Assembly: GCF_026571515.1 (NCBI RefSeq)
Contig: NW_026859592.1
Coordinates: forward strand, 124,001 to 188,000
Source of the DNA: Ruditapes philippinarum
Lineage: Eukaryota
Direction: 5' to 3'
DNA: 64,000 bases
Part shown: one piece after another, positions 36,083 to 48,891 of the stretch
Numbering within the stretch: the stretch's first letter is position 1
Layout of the letters: every line of letters starts with the position of its first letter
Translations under genes and position numbers: made by a program
Notes under the pieces: generated by a model
What the model was told of the DNA's origin: nothing
What the model saw: only the letters and a program-made list of their open reading frames with translations
Database searches by the model: none

Positions 36083-36093
36083 CTTGTTTTCAT
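36083..36093 (-). CDS. Candidate alternative first coding exon (MKT-R)
   Basis: gcgATG AAA ACA AG|gtattt, phase 2; ETS-type CCGGAAGT about 125 bp upstream. Confidence 0.4.
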
Positions 36094-36214
36094 CGCTGGA
36101 TTATCCAATACACATAAATATACACACACTTTTTTTATCCCAGCTAGAAGCTCTGGTTAATCCTAAATCCCAAAAACACTTATGTTCAGAATTATCAAAT
36201 TATCTTCATAAACC

Positions 36215-36222
36215 ACTTCCGG
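36215..36222 (-). promoter_or_regulatory. ETS-type motif CCGGAAGT upstream of the candidate MKTR exon
   Basis: Consensus match in a CpG-poor background; function is inferred only. Confidence 0.35.
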
Positions 36223-37004
36223 CCCCTGCGACATAAAATATAACTCACATATGATAATAGGCTCATTTCTCCATTAAATGCTAAATATAACACATCCAAT
36301 TAAACCCATTTCAACATCATAGAATAACTTTCTAACTTCCAGTTATCCCCGGTTAAAACAAAACATTCAGAAAAGTAAAAACAACAACTGAACAACTAAA
36401 ATGTATGTACTGACAATAATTTACGTATATATACAATGTAAACATGCTACAATGTATGAAGTGTATTGTAGCCAATCATAATGCAGGTTATGTGGACTAT
36501 ATATTATATATGAGTAACATTAATACACATAATGTGTCATACAGTACATTATATCTATCTTGTCTACAATAAATAAATAACCTACATTTATACTATTGTT
36601 TTCTTTTTGTGAATTATAGTACTTTATAATTGTTATGTAATGCACAATGTACAAATGTTGTTGTTTTCTAGGGTTTTTTTTGTTACTTGTTTTTAATAAT
36701 TTACTTTCACTTTAGGTTTAATTTGTACAGTGACATTTCAGATTTTTGTGGATTTACTTGCAGATGAATAGGACAGATGAATGCGGACTTTTGTTTAAAA
36801 TAACAGTAGTGTTGATTATTTCTTAAAATATTCCTTTTATCACAAAATTTAACACCATATAAAAGAATTCAACATCTTTAATTGGTTAAAATGATAACAA
36901 CCTAAAATAATGAGGCAAAACTGGATCAAACCTACAGCAACCTGAAACCCAACTTAGCCCATAAAGAGCCAAAGGACAAATCTTAATTATAACTTTATTG
37001 ATCA

Positions 37005-37105
37005 TAACACCATATACCTTTTATGAAAACTGAAACTGAATATAATTATAACCATCAACACCATATACCTTTTATGAAAACTGAAATTTGAATATAATTA
37101 TAACC
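37005..37105. repeat. Two-copy tandem duplication of about 52 bp
   Basis: aacaccatataccttttatgaaaactgaaa...aatataattataac occurs twice. Confidence 0.8.
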
Positions 37106-38593
37106 ATACTTTTATTAATTATTGCCTAAACTACTTACTAGTTCTGAAAATCTAAAAAAAATATTTTGCTATAGATTAATTGTTTTGTCACTTACATTGC
37201 TAAATATCTTGAATAGACTTGTCCATCCCTTATTCTGGACAAAACCATTGATCACTTTAGGGAAATTTTCAAAATAAGTACTGCCTTGACAGCAAACAAT
37301 GCAGATCATGAATAAGCAGCAGGGACATGCAAGTTGATCTTGGGCTGCACAAGTCAAGTATGGATAGAATCTGTTAGCACCAACATCCTTAAAGACTTAT
37401 AGAGTCAAAACACCTGTTGTATTGTTTTTGTTTTTCTTGTTTAAGTATACAAAATGTTTAGATGATAATGATCATAATAATCTCATGAAACTGGTGACAA
37501 ATGTCTCAAGATGACATCTTATTACAGGCAGATGTCTATCCCACACTATATTAAATCATTACCTTTGATGTATAAATAGATTAAGTCCTATTTATATATC
37601 ATTGTTTTTACATGATTTGCTATCTTTCTACATTATCAAATAAAGATCAACAGTGATTTTTCCTGCAATAAATTATGTTTTTGATGACAACAAAGCTGAC
37701 AACCTAATATAACTTCAAATATGACACTGTATAACATACAATTAGCAAATATGACGTAAAGTGATTATTACATATAATAATTAAACATTGAGAATTAATA
37801 TCATAATTATCACGGGGGAGGAACTGTTACACTAAGGATGGAGTTCTTCTGATAACTGTCACTGAGAGTTTTGTGCAAAGGATGAGCGTACTAGGTTTTA
37901 TAATGCAAACTCCATGCAAACTATACAAGAAAGTTTTAGTTTCATAATAACGTACATTTAGTTGACTCAGCAATGACCAGCCTTACATTAAAATCATCAG
38001 AAACTACAGTATGTGCATGTATAGAATATTTTAGGTAACATTATATAATATACTGATCGCCACCTTTAATAGTGCAGTAATGGGCTAGCTTCTTAAATTA
38101 TATAAGGAGTTAATTCGTTACTGCACAAGGTGACAAGATGAGGACTGGTTAACAGAAACTTAGGAAAAGGATATTGATAAAGGGATTAAGACAAACATCC
38201 TTCTTAAATATATGACAATTAAAACATTCATGTACATTGTTACATGTATGTAGTCGTCTTTTTTGTCACAAAATAATTCTTTCTTAAAATTACATGTACT
38301 AATAAAGTAAAAGCCTGATCTTGCCATTCCTAGTGATCAACCCTGAATGAATACAAACATCTATGGAAGAGAAATGCTGCATCAACAGAAAACTTTCCCT
38401 ATTTCTGCTGGAGGTCTAGAAATTAGGTTCATAAAAAACAAAGATAAATCCAGTAGGAATATTCGTGAGTTCACTAGATCACAATGCTCAATCACAGACA
38501 ATTATCATCTGTCAATCAGTAGTTTTACATTTATAAATCAGTGTTTTATATAACAAAACAACTACAATACACATGTAGATATTATCACACTAA

Positions 38594-38790
38594 TTAACCC
38601 TGTCCAAACTAAATATCCTAAATGGGCTTGTCCATCTTTCAATCTGGACAAAACCATTTATCATATTTAGGGAATATTTCAAAATATGACTGAATAGAGA
38701 ACAGTGCATATTAAGATCAGATGGCAAGGAAGTGTAGACTGATCTTGGTCATCAGTGGCCGCATAAGTAGAATAATTTGCCATACAACAG
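38594..38790. mobile_element. Representative of an old dispersed MITE-like family; other decayed copies near 9218-9366, 18480-18668, 20710-21005, 24146-24372, 37191-37350
   Basis: Shared motifs ttaaccct, gg.cttgtcca, ctggaca.aaccatt, and ggttaa ends in several copies. Confidence 0.5.
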
Positions 38791-39429
38791 TCAACTTCTA
38801 AATTTGTCCAACAGTTGACCAATAACGGCACTTACACATATATTGATTAACAAGAACTGGGATTGACTCTTTCATTATATTGAGGTAGTAATTTGGTCAT
38901 AACACTCATACTTGCTTTGGATCAAATTTAAATGAGTCGATTTGTTTGACTGTCCAAACTTCAAAGAATCTTTGTAACCATTTTCCTGCCAATGCAGTCA
39001 ATCAAATTTTCAGGAAACAAAACAACATCCCTATTTGTTCCTAACTTAAAAGGGCCTTCCTGTCTAAATGTTGGCAAAAGAGAAATAATTCCCATATATA
39101 CAATATGAGTATATAACAGTACAATGTTTACTTAAGGCAATAATCATAAATAATCCAGTATAGCCCTCTTGAGGCTTTTAACAATAAAATAGGAAGCTAT
39201 GTTTCCTGCTGTAAAACATCACAAGCCACTCTATAGACATAATACAGCAACTTTAGGACGCCACTTACAACTTTTTATGTATATATTGAATTAATGGTCC
39301 AAAATACCAAACTATCTAATCTCTTTCCATTCTTAACTTATTCAACACTAAATATCTTAAATGGACATAGCCTGCAAGTCTGTGCAGTAGGGCCAGACTG
39401 TGTACTGTAGTACAACCGGCTTCATTTAG

Positions 39430-39708
39430 TCTGCTGGCTAAATAGATCAAATGGGGAGAGCATCCGATTTGTCATCCATAGGTCACCGGTTGGATCATTG
39501 GGCGAGGCAAACTTGTCCTCGACAAATGATCTTCAACATTGAGACTTATGATCATCTGTCATTCATTGCTGATTCTGTGGGATTAGTAATTGTTCACTTG
39601 TAGAGAAGTTGGTAATAACTGGTTATTTATCAAGGAAAGTTTGTAAGTTGGATCAACTGGTGAGATATGACCAAAACTGTTAAAATCAGCAAAACCAAAC
39701 AAACAAAC
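39430..39708 (+). mobile_element. Degenerate SINE
   Basis: Decayed tRNA-like head, gagatatgacc...aaaccaaacaaacaaac tail. Confidence 0.5.
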
Positions 39709-41980
39709 CTACTACATTTTAGCATTAAGATTTTTAAATCATTTAAATCTACAATGATGCATTTCTGAATGCAAAACAGGGCATCACCATAACACAAATT
39801 TAGGTAAGAGGAATATGCAAATATTTAATTATCAGTACTGCAGGTAGAAATTATTCTCCAGAATTTCCAACCACATGAACATAGGTAGCTCGGTAAAATA
39901 CTGGCATACAGGTGAGAAGATCATGTCTCATTAATTATAAACTGACCAGGAATGAATCATTCTCTAACTGTAGCCACCAGATGAACTCTCTTGTCTATAT
40001 TATACCAGTCAGTATATAACAATAATATTTATGTTTACAGTGCCAGTTGTAATCAGTTAAAGTTCAGGTGTTTTTACCACAACCTTATTTCTCACTGAAA
40101 CCTTGTTTCTCATTGATGAATAAGGGCAAGTTTTAATAACTGCAAGGAAAACAACAAGACTTAAACAGTCACATGGCCCCAAAGTAAGCAGCCTTTTTAA
40201 AAATCCAAGTGCTGCCAAAACAAATTGCCATGACAGAAATCAGCTCCCATTATACTAAGAAGGGCAGAAGTTGGAAACTTAAAAAAATTCTATTTTTTTA
40301 TATTCTTTTTAAATTATAGATCAGAGTTATGGTCCTTCCAACTGTTATGGAGGACGCTTTAAGCCATAGAAATGAATGACTGGAGGAATTCAACAGTCTA
40401 TGCCACTCTCCCAATATACATGTACATGTACATATCAACAAAAGAAATAAACATAAATGACCAATACCACTGGACTTAGTGTTAGTAATAATGTATGACA
40501 TACAATATTTACAGTTTTTCATTATATTGAACAGAATAGAACAGAACAGATATATCATTCAGAAGTTCACTATATACAATATTAATGAGATCAGTTTTAA
40601 TAGCAGTGTAACATGTGTCACTAACAGTTTATAGCTTCAGAAGATCTTAAATCTTGTTTCCAACCACATGTTACTTCTAGGATAAACACTAGATATTGAT
40701 CTATAAAATATGACAACTAATGCTGAAAGAAAGTAAATGACAGTTCAATTAAGAAATTGCTATCTATTTATTGAACATGAAGCAGATGTACCAGGCAGTA
40801 AGTGTAAGAAAATTATTGTTTGACAAGAAAGGAACATAAATTGCTCCAACATTCCACTATTTTATCAATCTATGGATGTTCAGCATGACAGACAGATGGA
40901 CACGGGCAAAGCTATATATGCTGTACTATGTGGCATAAAATGTGCAGTGATATTATGAAACTTTTTACATCATCTTAATTAAATAATTCTGTGACATCAT
41001 CTTTGACAACTTATTATCTCCCATACTCTATTAACTGTACTGGTTTGAGAGATAACTCTGACACATTCACTGTAGATAAACCCAACACTGGATAAATAGT
41101 ATTGTTTAACCTTCTTGTTCTCCAACAAACAAGCATATAATCACCTAGTAATATAGAAGCAGGACCGACTTTAATTTGTAAACTTTTTATTGAGAGTCAA
41201 ATAACTTCAACTTTTTGTTTACAAAAACTACCTTAAAAACCTTCTTATCTACCATAAGGTAGTTTCAACTGTCTTGACCATAGGCCAAAGATTTGGGAAA
41301 TATTTTTGAGAAATTGTTTTGATACTGATTTTCCAGCAATTTTTTACATTAAAATTTACATGATAACTTTATTTACTGCTGTAAGGAAAAAAGACCATGT
41401 TTTGGATACCTCATGCAGGACCTTAAAGAACTACCAGTTTCCATTTCCATTTATATAAATATTTTTGTAGTATATTGTAAAGTCTTTGATCAATATTTTA
41501 AATATACAGGAAGATAAGTTTATAGACATTGCTTTGTGTCGGAGTTATCTCTCCAACCAGTACTGATTGAGATGAACAATCTCACATACATACACAGTGC
41601 TGAATCATTATAATTATATTATTATACCATGATTGTAATAAACTGTGATATACTATAGATAATAAATAATGACAAATGATTATTTGTGGGATGGAATGGA
41701 GTTTCGAACAATGATCAGCATGTTTGGTGAGATTTTCAGCACCTGACTACACCAATCACTCCTTCAGTGACAATTTGGTTAGTTGTCTTAGACAGTACAT
41801 TTGAAATTACTTAAATCAGAGTAAGTTACAAAATAAAATCTATTCTAGATAGACAATAAATCAACTTATTGGAAATGTTTCTCTTGCAATCAACAGTTCA
41901 ATATATGCAATGTACATGTTTTCCTTTTTTAAAACATTATATAACAGCACTGTAAATTTGGACAAAATTGAGTTACTCAC

Positions 41981-42018
41981 CTCACGTTATTGCAGAATGG
42001 AAATAAAAGTGCTCCCAT
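41981..42018 (-). CDS. Candidate alternative first coding exon (MGALLFPFCNNV-R)
   Basis: aaaATG, 12 codons plus consensus donor AG|gtgagt, phase 2. Confidence 0.55.
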
Positions 42019-43994
42019 TTTAACTAAATCCATATATGTACATATCATCACAGATTCTAAATAGAGCAATTATCTGTCACAAGCTTACAGTCCAGATATC
42101 TAATTATCTCCTGTTATTCTCATCTTATATCGCTCACAATTTTACGAACAAATGATTCAAATTTTTACGAATGTTGAAACGTAACATCTACGACGATCAT
42201 GTGACAAATTACAATTATTTCTATGAATGGTCATTATTTTTAATATCAATAACAACACCTGATCACTTTCACTTTTTAAAACTTTGCAAGAGAGAAATTC
42301 ACTGAAATTAGCATCAGCTGATTCATCTGGTATGGAAAACCGGAAATAAAATCAATATATTTCATGTATATTTCAATAGCGTAACAAGAAACAGTATTAT
42401 TTATTTAATATCCTTGTTTCCAATCCTGATTACCTATATCACATTTATACACAATCATCATCTACATAAGGAAATTGTATGTATTTTCATGAGTTGTTTG
42501 ATCATAGACTAGTATCAGATGTTTCACTGATATTTTATCTCAGTATTGATCTCAAACACCATAGCCAACCAATACCAGACCTATTCAACTTATCTTTCTT
42601 GAATTAATCATCACATTGTCTTTATCAATGCCACAGCTATTCAATAGTTCCAATCTAATTTACTTAACGAAAATATTCCGGTTTTGAAAACAATAAAATT
42701 CCTGTCATTATCATGCACTGGTATCTGTATTTAATGTAAATATTCTGCATCCTGTAAAAATCAAAATCCTGGTAATTTTCATAAAATCTTTGTGCAGCAC
42801 ATTAATTCTTAAGTGGAGTTCCACATCTTTTTTAAGTCAGGCAATTTCGTCAAAGATTCCTCTGAAATAACATTATCAGTTCCAATTTTGACAAGAATCG
42901 ATGATTAACTAACCAAATTCAGTTAAAATTCCCAGAACATCCATGTTGACTGAATAATAATTGTGAAGAATTATTTTAAGTTACTCCGGATGACAGCCCC
43001 TATTCCTTAAAGAATGCATCATGGTGCATGCTTTCAATAATTGTGCATTGCGATGTTGTCAAACTCTCGTAAACTGAGTCACACTTCATTTTCCTCTTGA
43101 AAAGGCAAAAAGAAGTCGGACATTGATTTTTTTAGGAGGAGGAGGTTCTCTATAGGGAATATTCCAACAATCCTAAACTGTATGATACAATCCTGCACGC
43201 CTCTAGTTATTGATGACTTCCTTTTTGTAATTATATCTGACTAGAAAAAACTCTCGCTCCTGTCTGACACACTTATTAAAGATGAATATATTATATTCTT
43301 GTTGAGGTTAGAAAGGTTATGATAAAGTAAACAATACTGGTAAAAGATGAGAAACTGATAAATTCCATTTGGCATGTTGATGCTTACTCTGATTATTTTC
43401 TTTGTTTAAATGTTTAAAAGTATATAATATAACGGTGATGTATTTAAGCATTTAACCCCATTACTTAGAAGCCTGACAGTTAGTCACATTTTATCATAGA
43501 TGTAATTCTATGTGATAATTATAAAATATTAATTATGTACAATAGATTAAAGAAAAATATCGTATCAGACAATTACCATACATTATTGTTTTACTTCTTT
43601 ACTCATGTACCTTATTGTTAGGAGCGCCTTTAAATAATATAATTTTCAGGTCTCATAAAATATAGTATGACAACCAAAATTTAGTGGTGCATACTTGTTA
43701 AGTAGATTTTACAAAGCCAACATTGACAACTGACTGTTAAATTTTTTGTTCAATTTTTAGTAGTTTTTATTTGAAATGTTGTCGTGAAAGTAATTTATTA
43801 TAATGTCCATTTTAGTCAAACAAACAGCACCAAATTTCAAACATACAAGGTTATCAATCAATGATTGTGCATGTTACCTTCAAATAAATGAGTATGCATA
43901 AATTATAATATTATATTCGCTTGAAAATGTAAAGGACAACTTTATTTTATCGAAAAGATTGTTTGTTTTTCTAATTTTTTAGCATTTTTTAACA

Positions 43995-44215
43995 CACTAT
44001 TTTTTAGTCATGTCTCAGTCGATCCACCTAACAACTAATCAGTAATAACCAATTTCTCTGCAAGTGACAGGGTACTAATCCCTGGTGATTTCTTTATCAG
44101 CAACGGTAGACGACTGACCATTAGACTCAATCGGTACCAGGGATATTAAGCCTTGACAGAGGATCAAACCAGGGACTCCTGAATTACTATGCTCTCTCTA
44201 TTAAACTAAATGGGC
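43995..44215 (-). mobile_element. Degenerate SINE
   Basis: B-box-like ggtttgatcc on the minus strand; T-rich tail at left. Confidence 0.45.
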
Positions 44216-46654
44216 AGACCATTGAAAAGATAACACAGCAAGTTTAACCACACACATCTATAACAACTTGACATTAAAATCAAAGCTGATATTGCCTTAA
44301 CAAAAGGCTCCCTGAATTAACACATTTAGTGAAAATGAACAGTCTTTAGACATTTTCTAATAACAAACAATAACAGAAATACCACCAACAGATTGATGAT
44401 AAAAAAAACACCAACTGTTACAATATTAAGAAAAGAAGCAAGAATTTATGAATGAAAGAGATCAATAATTTCTATAAAGGAAAGATACCTGATCATGTTG
44501 GTTTCCAACCAGGTGACATTAGAAGTCAGCTCCAGTAAAACCTCTACCATACAGCATCATACAATAATCATGATGCAGCCCATGAATTACTCACTGATAT
44601 GCATGTATTACTAAGCTTTCTCAAATCAATACATTTTAACATTTCTTTTTTTCGTGCTCTTACATCATTTTATAGAATGAGAGTAGAAATATTGGCTTCT
44701 AAATTGGTAATACTTTGGGTTGACATTTTCCCTTTGAACAACCTGGTAAAAATATTGGTTTTCACAATTATTTCCTGTTAGAATATGAGATCATTAAAAT
44801 GCATGTTCACCTAATATATTGATCATTGTCAACTGAATGCATGGCTGTGCAAACACAGAATTATTGAAAATTTATAGGTTCTGCAGGAAAGAAAATGCAA
44901 ATTACAATGCATGAATAGTGCCAAGGTAAACAAATGACACATTGTTTCTTAAAAATAGTCATAAAATGATAGAAATGTGGTAGTTTATAAATCACTGGAA
45001 ACTGTTACAATGAAGTCAAGTATGATTTCTATAATGACAAATCTATATTTTCTCTAAAACTTTAGTAATTGTAAAAGAAATATAATACCTATTAAGAGGA
45101 CTCTCACTAAGGTTTTTTGACAGGATGGGGCTAGAAATATTTTTTAAAGTCCTCTGTATTATTGTAGGTATTGACTTATAACTTGTGTGCACATTTTCAG
45201 ATTATTCCCTTGTTCTGTTTTTTTCCAGAGTTATCATTTTTATTTTGTGCAAAATGACCCCAAAATGAAAACAATTTGCAACCCTTTAACTTCAATTTGG
45301 CTAAGAATGGCACAAGAATTGATTTTTAATTTAATTCAGAGCATATTTCTTCATTATCCTTTGCAGATTTCTCCACTTTAAGTGCTTCACTTGATCTATG
45401 TAAGAATTACAAATCTTTCTGTTTTGAGACTTTTTTTCTCTAAGTGGAAATCCTTTAAAGTAATCTACTTTTGATAAAACAATTCTTAAGACCAACTAAA
45501 CACCAAAATAAACCAATATCCATTATTATATGAAACTTAAAGACAGCAAAATAAAAAGCTGCAGCCAAAGCCATTTTAAAACCCAGAAGAGATTTCAGAA
45601 ACAAATTTTATCTTTATAATTTCTTATCAATTGAACAAGGAGTGTTGCGGAAATTTTGTCGCCAGCACAACTTAAGAGTACAAAGTAGTGGTTTCCTCAC
45701 TTCCAGCCACAATATTCTCACGTTGTGTGTAATTAAGTTAAAATACATGGATAATTATACATGTGTATAGCAATGCTAATCTGTCTTACCGGTTTATAGG
45801 AATAAAAACTTTATTGTGTAAATTACAAATGTAGCTGAAGCCCTAAATCTTGTAGAATATAACACTTATAATTAGATATATATGCCTTGGTTTTTATTTG
45901 GAATAATTAATCAATTGCTTATGTTACTAAGATTCCAAGGCCAAAATGCAGAGCAGTTGATCAAATGTTCAGCTATAGGTCAGACTGTACTGGCATAACA
46001 CTCAATATTTCTTTCATCTAAACCATAAGCACTGAAAACACACTACCAACCATGTGTAAATTTAAATTTTATAAATAATTATAATTTATTACACATCACT
46101 ACAATATACTGTACAATGAATATAAAGAACAGACTGGTTCCAAACTTAAAACAATAAGAAAAGATATATTTACAGGTTATAATAAATGCTTACCTTTAAG
46201 CTGATAAAATTTTATTCTCTTATTTCAAAGAAATAACAATTAATACAATATAATGTCTTGAAGAAAAAAAATAAATTCAGTCATTGATAGTTTTTCTTAA
46301 CTAATTATATATATAGACTCTAGCTGGTATAGTAAACACTCCTGCACTGCAAGTCAAATTTAACTTTTATCTCATTTATTCATAAAAAAACATTAAATAG
46401 TTCATTGTATACATATTGATATAAAATGAAGATAAAGTACATTTTTATTGCCTTCAGACAAAAAAAGTGAATCAAGCTATTAAGTGGTTATCAGTGAACT
46501 TAAAATATGTTTTAAAAATACAATATGGAGTCAGTAACATGTACTGAGCAGATAGGCGTGTTTTAAATTAAACTTTAAAGTATTACCTACAATGTGAAGC
46601 TTCTTTATGTAGGAGAGGTTACTTAAATTAAGTGTGATTATCAGTTGTTTAAAT

Positions 46655-46970
46655 TCAAGACCCATTAAGCTTTAAAAATGCAACTTTTTTTTTGTTCTCA
46701 GTTCTGATTTGCCATATATAGCTGAATAGCTTAGTTTTCATTTTGGCAATAAGTACAGTTATTAAAGTGATTAAATAATATCTTAATCTGGAAGTCAGAA
46801 TACAACTTTGTGTATATTTTGCTATTTTTATCAAAAATTCTTTTGCAATCTGCCTATGATAATTAGCATCTTATACGTTCTAAATCCATTATTAACACAC
46901 ATTATTATCGTAAATATTATAAAACATATTTTTAAGAAATAGCTATTCATTTCTGAGGCTAAATGTGCCT
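46655..46970. mobile_element. Degenerate Kolobok-like MITE, family of 17105
   Basis: agacccatta start, aaatgtgcct|TTAA end, internal ttttggcaataagta shared with 17105. Confidence 0.6.
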
Positions 46971-46974
46971 TTAA

Positions 46975-47566
46975 CCCATTACTTCATATACACGCCTTTT
47001 AATGCCTTTTCACCCCCCCCCCTTTTTGTTGTCTCAAATGGTGAAAAAATGCCTTATTTAGGCCCCCAACACTTGTTTTTGTTTGAGAAATGTTGTTAAA
47101 AAAAGTGACCACTTTTTCGGCGCGGCCCCCCAACCAAAAGATACATCAGGGGGTTGGGGGGTTTGAAGGGGGGCGGAGTCCCCCTCATCGCCAAGAAAAA
47201 TTTTGGACTTGTGAGAGGCTATAAATGACCTCAGATTGATCATAAGGTAACGTGTAACCAACGCTGAAAAGCATTTGACTCTATCTCAATCCATTGAGAA
47301 GTTGCAGCACTTTGAAATCAATTATGATGGAAAAAATCAACGCAAAATAGTGATTTTTGGCAATTTTGAGATGTCCCCTCGTTGCCATGGTAACAGAAAA
47401 TTTAAGCCTGAGCATGTTGTTGCAAGGGCATTGGTCCAGTCAACATTTGTGCCAAGTTTGATTAGTGTTGAAGCAGTTTTTATAGTATTATAGCAATTTG
47501 AACTTGTAACGAGAGACTTTTCAATGAAAACAGCCATTTTTCACAAAATGCTCATGAAGCAATGGG
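46975..47566. mobile_element. piggyBac-like MITE, copy 2
   Basis: TTAA|CCCATTACTTCAT ... ATGAAGCAATGGG|TTAA. Confidence 0.9.
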
Positions 47567-47692
47567 TTAATGAAAAAAATCAAAAAATCTACAAAACAAC
47601 AATTTTTCTTCGAATTTATATGACAGGCCATGTTTAAACATGGAAAAACGCGATTTAGGGTAATTTCAAGTATTTTCATCATTTTCTGTTAA

Positions 47693-48189
47693 CCCATTAC
47701 TTCATATACACGCCTTTTAACGCCTTTTCACCCCCCCCCCCCTTTTTGTTGTCTCAAATGGTGAAAAAATGCCTTATTTAGGCCCCCAACACTTGTTTTT
47801 GTCCCCCTCATCGCCAAGAAAAATTTTGGACTTGTGAGAGGCTATAAATGACCTCAGATTGATCATAAGGTAACGTGTAACCAACGCTGAAAAGCATTTG
47901 ACTCTATCTCAATCCATTGAGAAGTTGCAGCACTTTGAAATCAATTATGATGGAAAAAATCAACGCAAAATAGTGATTTTTGGCAATTTTGAGATGTCCC
48001 CTCGTTGCCATGGTAACAGAAAATTTAAGCCTGAGCATGTTGTTGCAAGCGCATTGGTCCAGTCAACATTTGTGCCAAGTTTGATTAGTGTTGAAGCAGT
48101 TTTTATATATATATAGCAATTTGAACTTGTAACGAGAGACTTTTCAATGAAAACAGCCATTTTTCACAAAATGCTCATGAAGCAATGGG
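47693..48189. mobile_element. piggyBac-like MITE, copy 3, with an internal deletion of about 97 bp
   Basis: Same TIRs and TTAA flanks; nearly identical to copy 2. Confidence 0.9.
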
Positions 48190-48805
48190 TTAAAGAGATT
48201 CCAAGATCAAAATGCCCATTTCACGAAGCAAAAAGTACAGCATCTTCACTTGTTACAAAGACTGCCAGGATGTGAAGACTCAGGTTAGGTGTACCGAGCA
48301 TCAATCACTGTTTTTGCTTGAATCCAGACAGTTAAACAAATTCATTCCTACTTCTTTCAGACAGACTTTCCTACCATATATTGATAGTATAGATTGATAT
48401 ATTGATTGTCATACTATTAATCACTGGTTCCTGTTTCTCGTAAGACTTTCTTAGCCTAACAGCCATTTTGACCTTACCCAAATTTGAGTATGATAACGAA
48501 GAAAATTACTAAAATAAAAAAGATGGAAATCTATGTCAGGAATAGGTACTAGTCTAAGGGTCAATCTCCGATATGTTGCCATATTAAAGAAGATTAAGTT
48601 TATCTTGAGCCCAAAATTCAACCAACTGATAATTTATTCAAACAGGATGAGCATGGGATTATGGTCCATAAATTGATGAATTTCGATTCTAAATCTTTAT
48701 CCCTCTTGGTAAAAGAAGTCTCTGTATAACTTGACTTAAGATGACAATAGTAAATATATTTAATACAGAACCATGGAATGAACAATATGATTAAAATATT
48801 GTTAC

Positions 48806-48891
48806 CTGTCACAGCTTTCAATATGAACATCTTCAAACCCATCCACTGGCTCTTTCCTTGGAAAACAATCATTTAGAAATCTGATCGACAT
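48806..48891 (-). CDS. Candidate alternative first coding exon (MSIRFLNDCFPRKEPVDGFEDVHIESCD-R)
   Basis: aaacATG, 28 codons of protein-like composition plus AG|gtaaca, phase 2. Confidence 0.6.

Noticed and set aside
42912-42944. First exon MDVLGILTEF
   Set aside because: The donor is phase 1 and I found no compatible downstream exon.
46194-46200. 7-nt microexon cag|CTTAAAG|gtaagc
   Set aside because: It would shift the frame and the polypyrimidine tract is poor.
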